Shown here in pieces: positions 7,424 through 15,503 of a stretch of DNA of 64,000 nucleotides; position 1 is the stretch's first letter; each line of letters opens with the position of its first letter. Origin of the DNA: an uncultured Clostridia bacterium (GTDB taxonomy: Bacteria; Bacillota; Clostridia; Christensenellales; CAG-138). The notes beneath the pieces were generated by a model. The model was not told where the DNA came from and made no database searches. It saw only the letters and a list, made by a program, of their open reading frames with translations. A program made the position numbers and the translations under genes. Location of the stretch: positions 175-64,174 of the forward strand of contig CAMVGD010000002.1 in assembly GCA_947166925.1 (NCBI GenBank). The letters run 5' to 3'.

Positions 7424-9414
7424 AGGATCGGGCCGTCCTTTTTGGGCGGGATGCTTTCGCGGTAGACGCCCAGAAGCCGCACCGTGGGCTGCGCGACCGG
7501 CAGGATCTCCGCAAACGGCGGGATCGCGCCTTCGACCGTGTCGGAAAGCCAGTCCATATGCAGGATCTCGGACGGCGACAGCCAGCGGGTGCCGTCGTTT
7601 CGCACGATGCCCTCCTGATCGCTCATGACGCGGCGGAACGGATCGAGGCGCCCCTCGACGATCGAGTTTTTCAGCGCTTCGACGAGCGCGCGTATGCCCT
7701 CCGGCAGCTTGTCCGACGGCGTGATGCCGATCACGCCGCTCTGCATGCCCCACCAGTAGTTGATGGCGGCGGCGCTGCGGTTTGCGCTTTCGTCCTCCCA
7801 ATGCCCCAGAAGCAGCTCGGTGAGCAGCTTTTCGTAGAACGCGCCCCAGTTCCAGAAGGTCGAGGCGAGCGATTCGAGCGAACCGTCGTCCCGGGTGCGG
7901 ATCAGTCCGAACGGCGTCTGCGGAGCCTCCGGAGCGAACCATTCGTGGTTCGAAACGACGTCCACGCCGTCCTTCAGAAGCGACGCCAGCGGGTCGGCCT
8001 CCACGCAGGACCAGCGGAGCTTCACGACCGCGCGGGGATTCACGAGCCGCGCGCCGAGCGCGAACGCATTGACGCTTGCGGGCACGCCGAAGATCGGCGC
8101 GGAGGCGACATAGCCCAGAAGATCGCTGTGCGAGCACGCGCCCGCGATCACGCCCGCGAGGAACTTGGTCTCATAGATGCGGCTGTAATAGGTGCGCACG
8201 CCCGGATAGGGCATGGCGACCGAGCAGTTTAAAATCTTCACACCCGGGTACGCGGCTGCCGCGCGGCGGCACGCGTCGATCAAGGACGGGGTCGTGGCAA
8301 AGATCACCTGCGCGCCGTCCTGTACGGCCTGCGCAAAGAGGGAATCGGCGTCGGCGCCGTCCTTGACGACGTACGCCTGCGTCGTGACTTTGCCCGCAAG
8401 CGCGTCCTCGGCGAACAGCCGTCCCTGCTCATGCCCGCGGACCCAGTTCGACGTTTCGGGCGGGAATTCGTGGATGAACGCCGCGAACAGATGCGTCGGC
8501 AGGAACATCGCGTTGTAGATGCGCGTGAGCAGCGTTTTTCCGGCGGGCTCGGTCTCGGCGGGAGCGTCCGCCTCGGTCGAGACGGTCACGTCCGCATCTG
8601 CGTCGGACACGCTCGCGTTGAGCGAGGCGAGCAGCGTTTCGGGCGAGAGCGCGGAAAGATCGTCGATCGAGTAGACGGAGATCCACGCGAGGAACGCGTC
8701 GGAGAGTCCGACGCCCTCGGGGAACTTCACGTGCGCCGCCGCCTCCGAAAATCGCATGAACGCCGACAGCACGCGCCGCCGCTGTTCCTCGGTCCAGATC
8801 TCGTCCGGCTCGAAGCCGAGCGCGGCGAGCAGCTTCTGGTAACTTCCGGGTTTTGTGAAGCGAAACGCATAGGTGCGGCTGACGTGATAGAACGTGAGAA
8901 ACTCATAGTATAGCCGCGTCTTCGGGTCGTCCGAATAAGCGGGGACGATGCGCAGCACCGAGGTGGGGACGGAGGGGGCGTCGAAGTAGCGCATCACGGA
9001 CAGGCGCTTGTTGCCCTCCTGCACGTAGAAATCGCCGTAGTATTCATAGCAGCGGATCGGATCGCGGATGCCCTCGTCGTCGAGGTGCGCTTCGCACAGC
9101 GCGATCCATTTCGCGCCGAACTCGGTGTTGCTCTCCGCGAGCGGCATGAAATCGCGCGAAAAGACGGACCGCCGTCCCGCGCTGACCGTGCCGATGACGC
9201 GCTCCGTCGGGATGTTCATCACGCCGAGCTCGATGCGCCCGGCAATGCTTCCGCCCTCCAGAATGTCGTCCAGCACCTGCGGGTACGGCCATCGTCCGTG
9301 TCCGACGTCCTCCCGGTATGCTTTCTGCGCTTTCTTATGCGCCGTGCGATAGGCCTCGACCGCTTCCGCTCTGCTCAAAACTCTGCGTCCTTTCATTGCT
9401 TTATATATAATCAT
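7420..9414 (-). CDS. Fusion protein: N-terminal ParB/Srx-like domain + C-terminal BMP (PnrA/Med-like periplasmic-binding-fold) domain, no signal peptide
   Basis: N-terminus has GIRDPIRCYEYYGDFYVQEGNKRLSV, resembling the ParB-fold core (..PI.V....Y.L..GERR). The C-terminal ~330 aa (VIFATTPSLIDACRRAAAAYPGVKILNCS...LGYVASAPIFGVPASVNAFALGAR) resemble BMP-family nucleoside-binding proteins. No signal or lipobox. Alternative start ATG 9396 (MKGRRV), because the 9414 ATG lies inside the predicted -10 box. Confidence 0.6.
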   Translation of the reverse strand: MIIYKAMKGRRVLSRAEAVEAYRTAHKKAQKAYREDVGHGRWPYPQVLDDILEGGSIAGRIELGVMNIPTERVIGTVSAGRRSVFSRDFMPLAESNTEFGAKWIALCEAHLDDEGIRDPIRCYEYYGDFYVQEGNKRLSVMRYFDAPSVPTSVLRIVPAYSDDPKTRLYYEFLTFYHVSRTYAFRFTKPGSYQKLLAALGFEPDEIWTEEQRRRVLSAFMRFSEAAAHVKFPEGVGLSDAFLAWISVYSIDDLSALSPETLLASLNASVSDADADVTVSTEADAPAETEPAGKTLLTRIYNAMFLPTHLFAAFIHEFPPETSNWVRGHEQGRLFAEDALAGKVTTQAYVVKDGADADSLFAQAVQDGAQVIFATTPSLIDACRRAAAAYPGVKILNCSVAMPYPGVRTYYSRIYETKFLAGVIAGACSHSDLLGYVASAPIFGVPASVNAFALGARLVNPRAVVKLRWSCVEADPLASLLKDGVDVVSNHEWFAPEAPQTPFGLIRTRDDGSLESLASTFWNWGAFYEKLLTELLLGHWEDESANRSAAAINYWWGMQSGVIGITPSDKLPEGIRALVEALKNSIVEGRLDPFRRVMSDQEGIVRNDGTRWLSPSEILHMDWLSDTVEGAIPPFAEILPVAQPTVRLLGVYRESIPPKKDGPIL

Positions 9415-9439
9415 ACCATTTTTGCACCGCGTAAGTCAA
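9410..9439 (-). promoter_or_regulatory. Sigma-A-type promoter for the ParB-like/BMP operon
   Basis: Minus strand reads TTGACT-18 nt-TGgTATGAT (extended -10). This implies a very short or absent leader. Confidence 0.5.
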
Positions 9440-9494
9440 GCGGAACGGATGAGCAATGCTCGTCCCTGCGACTGCATCCCCCCTGTGCGTAACA

Positions 9495-9725
9495 GTGTGT
9501 AAATTGTGGAATTTGTATGATCCATATATCAGAAAGACAGGGATGATCACATTCGTCTATTCTATTGGAATAAAGAAAAAGCCCTTTTCGTGCTTCAAGG
9601 AGACAGACTAATTTCTGCGTCGGAGAAGACTACTGGGCTCATACATAGAATAACAGATCCCGGGTCATATGTCAAATTAAAATACAAATTCCACAAAATA
9701 CACAAATTCCACAGAATACACACAC
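9495..9725. repeat. Three copies of a ~20-bp motif ACAAATTCCACA(A/G)AATACAC: one inverted (9495-9518), two tandem direct (9682-9725), bracketing ~160 bp of AT-rich DNA
   Basis: GTGTGTAAATTGTGGAATTTGTAT versus ATACAAATTCCACAAAATACACAAATTCCACAGAATACACACAC. Seen directly. Confidence 0.8.
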
Positions 9726-9822
9726 GGGCTCTATGTGTTGCGGTACGGCAAGCACGCCGAGCCCGAGGCCGTATCCGCACCGCGCATCCGGCGTAAATCT
9801 TGTGTAAAACGCCCGAATTCTC

Positions 9823-9851
9823 TTGCATTTCAGGCGGACGCGGGTTATAAT
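9823..9851 (+). promoter_or_regulatory. Sigma-A-type promoter of the xpt-guaA operon
   Basis: TTGCAT-17 nt-TATAAT, ~20 nt upstream of the riboswitch P1. Confidence 0.65.
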
Positions 9852-9869
9852 GAATTATCATTTATATTG

Positions 9870-9941
9870 TCTGCCGATATAGGTCCGGATGGATGGCCCG
9901 GACGTTTCTACCGCGGCGCCGCAGCCGCGACTATTGGGAGA
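9870..9941 (+). promoter_or_regulatory. Purine (guanine-class) riboswitch aptamer
   Basis: P1 TCTGCCGAT/ATTGGGAGA; P2 GTCCGG/CCGGAC; conserved J2/3 GTTTCTACC; P3 GCGGC/GCCGC; J3/1 GACTAT with C at the specificity position. Sits upstream of xpt, the classic context. Confidence 0.8.
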
Positions 9942-9986
9942 TCGGGAACGTGCAGGGCGAACGCTTTGCGGTTCCTTGCGATATCG

Positions 9987-10018
9987 GCGGCAGGTTTTTC
10001 TGCTGCTGTTTTATTTTA
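9987..10018 (+). terminator. Riboswitch expression-platform terminator
   Basis: GCGGCAG-gttttt-CTGCTGC followed by TGTTTTATTTT, 20 nt before the xpt RBS. Confidence 0.7.
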
Positions 10019-10039
10019 TGAATGCACAGGGAGGGGAAC

Positions 10040-10618
10040 ATGAAAGAACTCAAGGAACGGATCCTCAAAGAGGGCAGAGTGCTTCCGGGCGACATCATCA
10101 AGGTCGACGGATTTCTGAATCATCGTGTGGACTGCGGGCTGATGAGCCATATCGCGGACGAATTCGCAAAGTATTTCGACATCGAAAACGTGGACCTGCT
10201 GCTGACCGCCGAGGCGAGCGGCATTGCGCTTACGGCGGTGTGCGCGCTGCGCTTCGGAAAGCCGATGGTCTATGCGAAAAAGGCCAAGAGCGACAACATC
10301 GAGGGCGGACTCTTTAAGAGCGAGATCTTCTCCTATACCTATAAAAAGAAGGTCACGCTGCTTGTCGCAAAGGACTGGATCCGGCCCGGCATGCGCGTGC
10401 TCGTCATCGACGACTTCCTTGCCCGCGGCGAAGCGCTGCGCGGTCTGTGCGAGATCGTGGAGCAGGCGGGCGCGGAACTTGTCGGCATCGGCTGCGCGAT
10501 CGAAAAGGGCTTTCAGGGCGGCGGCGACCGCTTGAGAGAACGCGGCGTGAACCTGCATTCGCTTGCGATCATCGAGAAAGCAGAGCCCGGCAATATCGTA
10601 TTCCGGGAGGACGACTGA
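10040..10618 (+). CDS. xpt: Xanthine phosphoribosyltransferase
   Basis: [31 protein letters not shown]...[13 protein letters not shown] (PRPP-binding motif). Start at ATG 10040 behind GGGAGGGG. Confidence 0.9.
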   Translation: MKELKERILKEGRVLPGDIIKVDGFLNHRVDCGLMSHIADEFAKYFDIENVDLLLTAEASGIALTAVCALRFGKPMVYAKKAKSDNIEGGLFKSEIFSYTYKKKVTLLVAKDWIRPGMRVLVIDDFLARGEALRGLCEIVEQAGAELVGIGCAIEKGFQGGGDRLRERGVNLHSLAIIEKAEPGNIVFREDD

Positions 10619-12147
10619 TGGATACCGTTCTGATCCTCGATTTCGGCGCGCAGTACAGCCGTCTCATCGCACGGCGCGTGCGTGAGCAGAACGTCTACTG
10701 CGAGGTCCTGCCGCATTCCGCAAGTGCGGAAACGATCCGGGAAAAAGCGCCGATCGGCGTGATCCTGTCCGGCGGTCCGAACAGCGTGTACGCGCCGGGC
10801 GCGCCTCTTGTCGATCCCGCGCTGTTTACGCTCGGCATTCCCGTGCTCGGCATCTGCTACGGCTGTCAGCTCATGGCGCAGATGCTCGGCGGCACGGTCG
10901 AGCCGGACGGCGGCGCGCGCGAATACGGCAAGGCGGAAACGACCTTCGACCGCGCGGACAGGCTGTTTTCAAAGCTTCCGGAGACCTCGGTCACGTGGAT
11001 GAGCCACGGCGACTATATCAGCAGGCTGCCCGCGGGCTTCAAGCCCGCCGCAACGACCGCGGTGTGCCCCACGGCGGCGATCGCCTGCGATGAAAAACGG
11101 TTTTACGGCGTGCAGTTCCATCCGGAGGTACGCCATACGCAGTACGGACGCGAGCTTATCCGCGCGTTCCTGTTCGACGTCTGCGGCGCGAAGGGCGACT
11201 GGACGGTCGGCGACATCCGCACCGAGGCGATCCGGAAGATCCGCGAGCAGGTGGGGGACGGCACGGCGCTTCTGGCGCTGTCCGGCGGCGTGGATTCGTC
11301 CGTTGCGGCGGCGCTGATGGCGGAGGCGATCGGCGATCGGCTGACCTGCGTGTTCATCGATCACGGTCTGATGCGCAAGAACGAGGGCGATGAGGTCGAA
11401 CAGGCGTTCAAGCCGTGGCCGATCCGCTTTGTGCGCGTCGACGCCGAACAGCGGTTCCTCTCGCGTCTTGCGGGCGTGACCGAGCCGGAGCAGAAGCGCA
11501 AGATCATCGGCGCGGAGTTCATCCGCGCGTTCGAGGAGGAAGCGAGAAAGATCGGCGGCGCGGACTTTTTGGTGCAGGGCACGATCTATCCGGACGTCAT
11601 CGAGTCCGGGCTCGGCAGCTCCGCGGTCATCAAGAGCCACCACAACGTCGGCGGGCTCCCGGAGGACATCGGGTTTTCGGGCATCGTGGAACCGCTTCGC
11701 ATGCTGTTCAAGGACGAGGTCCGCGCGCTCGGCAGAGACCTCGGACTGCCCGACGCGTTCGTCGAGCGGCAGCCGTTCCCGGGTCCGGGACTGGCGATCC
11801 GCATCATCGGCGAGATCACGCGCGAAAAGCTCGACACCCTGCGCGAAGCGGACGCGATCTTCCGCGAGGAGCTCGCGCTCTCCGGCGTCTCGAAGGAGCT
11901 TTCGCAGTACTTTGCGGTGCTGACCTCGATGCGCTCCGTCGGCGTCATGGGCGACGGACGCACCTACGACTATACGCTTGCGCTGCGCGCGGTCAAGACC
12001 GACGATTTCATGACGGCGGACTGGGCGCGCATCCCCTACGACGTGCTCGACCGCGTCTCCTCGCGCATCGTCAACGAGGTCAAGGGCGTCAACCGCATCG
12101 TGTACGACATCACCAGTAAACCCCCCGCCACGATCGAGTGGGAATGA
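10618..12147 (+). CDS. guaA: GMP synthase (glutamine-hydrolysing)
   Basis: [23 protein letters not shown]..., GATase CYGCQ, ATP-PPase SGGVDSSV, C-terminal ...[12 protein letters not shown] overlaps the xpt stop (TGATG). The track ORF 10447.. is over-extended. Confidence 0.95.
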   Translation: MDTVLILDFGAQYSRLIARRVREQNVYCEVLPHSASAETIREKAPIGVILSGGPNSVYAPGAPLVDPALFTLGIPVLGICYGCQLMAQMLGGTVEPDGGAREYGKAETTFDRADRLFSKLPETSVTWMSHGDYISRLPAGFKPAATTAVCPTAAIACDEKRFYGVQFHPEVRHTQYGRELIRAFLFDVCGAKGDWTVGDIRTEAIRKIREQVGDGTALLALSGGVDSSVAAALMAEAIGDRLTCVFIDHGLMRKNEGDEVEQAFKPWPIRFVRVDAEQRFLSRLAGVTEPEQKRKIIGAEFIRAFEEEARKIGGADFLVQGTIYPDVIESGLGSSAVIKSHHNVGGLPEDIGFSGIVEPLRMLFKDEVRALGRDLGLPDAFVERQPFPGPGLAIRIIGEITREKLDTLREADAIFREELALSGVSKELSQYFAVLTSMRSVGVMGDGRTYDYTLALRAVKTDDFMTADWARIPYDVLDRVSSRIVNEVKGVNRIVYDITSKPPATIEWE

Positions 12148-12230
12148 GAACCTTATATCCGACCACATTCGATGATTCTGAAAAGTACAAATCGGATGAT
12201 TCTGATGAGATAAGATAAGGGGAGATACAG

Positions 12231-12267
12231 GCACCCCGAGAACCATGAAGTTCTCGGGGTGCTTTTC
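12231..12267 (+). terminator. guaA terminator
   Basis: GCACCCCGAGAAC-catgaa-GTTCTCGGGGTGC followed by TTTTCAT. Confidence 0.8.
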
Positions 12268-12711
12268 ATATGTTCTGGTTCTACCAAAGCCAATGCGAAG
12301 CGCTCGAATCTTCTCGCCAATTCTCCGCCGAGCCCTCCTTCCACCCCTGATGCTGATTCGGGTTCTGCAGTTCATTTGAATGAATGAAAATGAGAATGAA
12401 GATAAGCATGAGAGCTGAAAAACATAGATATTGTCAATGGAATTGGAATGGGCATGGCAGGAAATGAGGGGTGGCCACAGCCGCCCATGTTCCTACCAAT
12501 TGTTGTTGGTTATGGGTATGAACAGGATGGGTTTTCTTCTGTTTCTTCGGGTTTGTTCTCGGCTTTGAATGGGAGAAAGAGAAGAGAGAATGAGGAAGGA
12601 AATGTGGCGGAAAAGAACATGAATGAGAACAAAAAAGATGGGATGGATGAAGCAACGGCAGAACCAAAGGTTTTAGACAAACCAGAATCATTTGATTTGT
12701 ACTTAGACAAA

Positions 12712-13151
12712 CCGATTTTATCAAAGTGCACTCCAAAATTTGCGGAATGTGCAAAAAGGATTTGGCTGATGAGAGGCAAAGCGCGGCTTCGCGGAAGCTG
12801 ACGAAACGCCGTAACACGGTGCAACGAAAAGAGACGGATTATTTCATTTCGACGCCCAAATAGCGGTAGCATGACGATCCCATCTCTTCTCCGATCACAA
12901 TCCTCACACCATCGCATATAGCAACAAAAAAGCCTGATTTTCCGGGCTTTTTTCTCGTTTTGGGATCAGAAAAGGACGAGAAAAGAGATGAGTATGTCGC
13001 CGCTCCGCGATCACAGCGAAACAGGATGAAACTTGATGTGTCGCACCATGCTGAACGGAAGGGAAATGAAGGGGGAAAAGGATCGGATGTATATGGGCGT
13101 CAGAATAAGTGAGTTTGCACATTTTGGACTAAGTGATGTTGCACAATGACA
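12712..13151 (+). repeat. Direct repeat A (diverged left part 12712-12860; near-identical core 12861-13151)
   Basis: Hand alignment with 16792-17210. The last ~225 bp differ at one position seen; the left part is roughly 80% similar by eye. Contains a bidirectional hairpin AAAAAGCC-tgattttcc-GGGCTTTTT. Confidence 0.85.
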
Positions 13152-13188
13152 CTTTTTGATTCGAAATGTGCTGAATTGTCCTTAATAT

Positions 13189-13230
13189 CGCAAAACCGCA
13201 GGCATTCTTCAGAGTGCCTGCGGTTTTGCG
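13189..13230 (-). terminator. Terminator of the HMA/flavin-reductase operon (bidirectional hairpin)
   Basis: CGCAAAACCGCAGGCA-ttcttcagag-TGCCTGCGGTTTTGCG, 16-bp perfect stem 3' of the stop at 13301. Confidence 0.7.
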
Positions 13231-13300
13231 ATATCAACATTGATAACAAAGTGATAACAGTTCGGCGGCTGGGGGGATCCCCGCCAGCTGTACACCTTTC

Positions 13301-13549
13301 TCAGAATCCGAGCAAGCCCTTCTTTTCGTAAGGCTCCGTTTTCATGGAGAGAATTCTGTATCCTGTTTCGCTTACTGCCTTTTCAATATCCCCGCGTGTA
13401 AGCTCGTTTTCAGTAATGATGACCGTTTCACCTTTTGCGTGAGAGGTCGTAACCTTTTTGACCTTGAAGGCCTTGCGGATGGCGTCATTCATATGCGCAT
13501 CGCACATATCGCAAACGAGACCGTCCACAGACAATACTGTTTTTACCAT
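13301..13549 (-). CDS. Heavy-metal-associated (HMA) domain protein, CopZ-like
   Basis: 82 aa, MVKTVLSVDGLVCDMCDAHM... with the GxxCxxC metal-binding motif. Confidence 0.75.
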   Translation of the reverse strand: MVKTVLSVDGLVCDMCDAHMNDAIRKAFKVKKVTTSHAKGETVIITENELTRGDIEKAVSETGYRILSMKTEPYEKKGLLGF

Positions 13550-13552
13550 CTT

Positions 13553-14059
13553 TTATTCCCCTTGTTTCGCTGTAGCGATCTTTGCATAGCCATTCCACGC
13601 AAAGACAGCTTCCTCGTTCTCGTCGGCAAGGACCTGATCCACGTTGCAGATGTAGAGATAGTGATCGCCAACCTCATGGTACTCCTTCAGTGTGCACTGG
13701 ATCGCAACACGGGTGTGCTCCGGGATCTGAATGCTGCTGTCAGGGATGCTCTGCATTTTGATACCCAACTTTGCAATTTTATTTGTGTCCCGTCCTGTGG
13801 ACATGCCGCAGCCCATGACGGCATCCTTGATGGCGGGGCCGGGGATTGTCAGAACGACCTTCTTGTTTTCACGCACCATCTCGCCGCTGAAGGAGGTCTT
13901 CGCCATTGCGTAGGCGATCATAGCGGGATTGAAGGAGAGATACATCCACCATGAAACCGTGGCAAGGTTCGTAGCATCATCGGGCTTTTGGGTGCAGACG
14001 AGCGTTACGGGATTCGGGGAGGTCAGAGAAGACGCCTTCGGCAAATTTATTATTTCCAT
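13553..14059 (-). CDS. Flavin reductase-like (FMN-binding split-barrel) protein
   Basis: Start moved to MEIINLPK (ATG 14059, RBS AGAAGGAA) to remove overlap with the upstream gene. PNPVTLVCT...ATVSW is typical of the flavin reductase domain. Confidence 0.65.
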   Translation of the reverse strand: MEIINLPKASSLTSPNPVTLVCTQKPDDATNLATVSWWMYLSFNPAMIAYAMAKTSFSGEMVRENKKVVLTIPGPAIKDAVMGCGMSTGRDTNKIAKLGIKMQSIPDSSIQIPEHTRVAIQCTLKEYHEVGDHYLYICNVDQVLADENEEAVFAWNGYAKIATAKQGE

Positions 14060-14079
14060 TTTTGAGAATTCCTTCTGTC

Positions 14080-14652
14080 TTATTTCTTCATAAGCGCGAC
14101 GCCGGCATTCCATGCCTTGCCGACTTTCTCGCCGGTCACATAATAGCCGTGCTGGAACTGATCAAACATCAAAGCGTTCAGCTTTTCGGGATCGACCTTG
14201 CCGTTTTCGCTGAGGACTTCTTCCTCGGCCTTCACGTTAACGATCTTTCCGACAATGCCGTCCACATAGTCGGTATGCAGGAATTCAAGCAGCTCGCACT
14301 CCATAACCACCGGGAATTCCTCGATGATGGGCGCATTGACCTTATCGCTCTTTACAGCGTGATAACCAGTACGCTCGAATTTGTCGTCGATCTTGTTGCC
14401 GGACGCAATGCCGAAGAAGTCGGCAACGTCCATGTGGGCTCTGTCGGCCAAGGCAACGGTAAAAGCGCAGCTGGCCTTGATATTGAGCCACGTACGCTTG
14501 CCCTCGCCGATAAAGAGGATAATCTTATCATCGTCGCAGATCTGTCCCCACGCCACGTTCATAACGTTGACCTTTTCGTTTTCATCATATGCCGCCACCA
14601 TCAGCACCGGCATGGGGTAAACTGCCTGTACTAAGCCTAAATCTTTTTTCAT
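14080..14652 (-). CDS. Flavin reductase family protein
   Basis: 190 aa. YPMPVLMVAAYDENEKVNVMNVAWG is typical of the flavin reductase-like domain. Confidence 0.7.
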   Translation of the reverse strand: MKKDLGLVQAVYPMPVLMVAAYDENEKVNVMNVAWGQICDDDKIILFIGEGKRTWLNIKASCAFTVALADRAHMDVADFFGIASGNKIDDKFERTGYHAVKSDKVNAPIIEEFPVVMECELLEFLHTDYVDGIVGKIVNVKAEEEVLSENGKVDPEKLNALMFDQFQHGYYVTGEKVGKAWNAGVALMKK

Positions 14653-14778
14653 GTAGGATTCTCCTTTCAGAGCAATGCTCCTTGACTTTCTGCTTTGCTC
14701 ATACTATAATTCTATCCAAAGTTGGAAATAAATCAAGTACGCACATTTAGGTTATATACTTACCTGGAGGATAGTATT

Positions 14779-15111
14779 ATGTCTGCTGACTGCATTACAA
14801 ATCATAAGCTGGAGGATACCGGCTTCAACTATACGATGTCTCTGATACAGGGCAAATATAAAATGTTTATCTTGTATACCCTTGCCTGTTATGAGGTCGT
14901 CCGCTTCAACGAGATGAAAAAGTACATCGGCGAAATCTCATGTAAGACGCTCAGCAGCACGCTCAAGGAACTGGAAGCCGACGGGCTGATCCACCGCAAG
15001 GAGTATTCGCAGATCCCTCCGAAGGTGGAATACAGCCTTTCCGAAAAAGGCAGGTCACTGATCCCTATTTTGGGCGAGATGTGTGACTGGGGAGAGATGC
15101 ATAGAGCGTGA
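14779..15111 (+). CDS. HxlR-family winged-helix transcriptional regulator
   Basis: SLIQGKYKMFILYTLACYEVVRFNEMKKYIGEISCKTLSSTLKELEADGLIHRKEYSQIPPKVEYSLSEKG. Start at ATG 14779 behind GGAGGA. Divergent from the flavin-reductase operon. Confidence 0.85.
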   Translation: MSADCITNHKLEDTGFNYTMSLIQGKYKMFILYTLACYEVVRFNEMKKYIGEISCKTLSSTLKELEADGLIHRKEYSQIPPKVEYSLSEKGRSLIPILGEMCDWGEMHRA

Positions 15112-15129
15112 TTCACAAACAGATATTAT

Positions 15130-15416
15130 AACGATACTGTTATCCGCAGAAATCCCCCTCTGTTATGCTCACCGTGTTTGGAGCCATGGCAGAGCTCGAA
15201 AGGGAAAGCATCCTCGAACGGCAACGAGAAGGCATTGCAATCGCCAAAGTAGAAGGTAAATACAAAGGACGTCAGCGAATGAAGATTGACGAGCAGAGGA
15301 TGAGAACCGTATGTAAGCGGTGGAGAGACGGCGAGATCAACGCACGCGAAGCAATGACACAGATCGGGCTGAAACCAAACACGTTCTATAGGCGAGTAAA
15401 GGACATGGGACTATAG
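15130..15416 (+). pseudogene. Serine recombinase (resolvase/invertase) remnant; only the C-terminal ~85 aa remain
   Basis: LTVFGAMAELERESILERQREGIAIAKVEGKYKGRQ plus a C-terminal HTH (NAREAMTQIGLKPNTFYRRV). The catalytic N-terminal domain is absent and an in-frame stop lies at 15129-15131. Confidence 0.8.
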
Positions 15417-15433
15417 AGATGAATATGGCAGTT

Positions 15434-15474
15434 CTATTTCCCAAAATCATAAAAATATTGATTTTGGGAAATAG
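15434..15474. repeat. Perfect 16-bp-stem hairpin CTATTTCCCAAAATCA-N9-TGATTTTGGGAAATAG
   Basis: Seen directly. Followed by ATGGTATGCT (-10-like). A related copy lies at 16700-16735. Confidence 0.85.
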
Positions 15475-15503
15475 ATATGGTATGCTACGCGTGAGGTGAG
15501 AAC

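Noticed and set aside
12148-12230. Direct repeat GATGATTCTGA x2 just after the guaA stop, considered as an att core.
   Set aside because: The repeat is very short, and no matching copy was seen at the distal island boundary (~17210).
12448-12801. 117-aa ORF (MGMAGNEGW...CTPKFAECAKRIWLMRGKARLRGS) as a real gene.
   Set aside because: Not annotated as a CDS. It has low-complexity composition, no RBS, and several competing frames. However, its last ~15 codons show some synonymous change relative to repeat B, so a decayed small gene cannot be excluded.
12904-13122. 72-aa minus-strand ORF duplicated at 16963..17181, and small plus-strand ORFs in the repeat core (for example MKLDVSHHAERKGNEGGKGSDVYGRQNK).
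   Set aside because: Duplication is explained by the DNA repeat. There is no RBS and no family resemblance. Kept only as a remote possibility.
15165-15416. 83-aa ORF as an intact small recombinase or HTH gene.
   Set aside because: The sequence aligns to the C-terminal third of serine resolvases only. The catalytic Ser domain is missing and an in-frame stop lies just upstream. Called a pseudogene instead.
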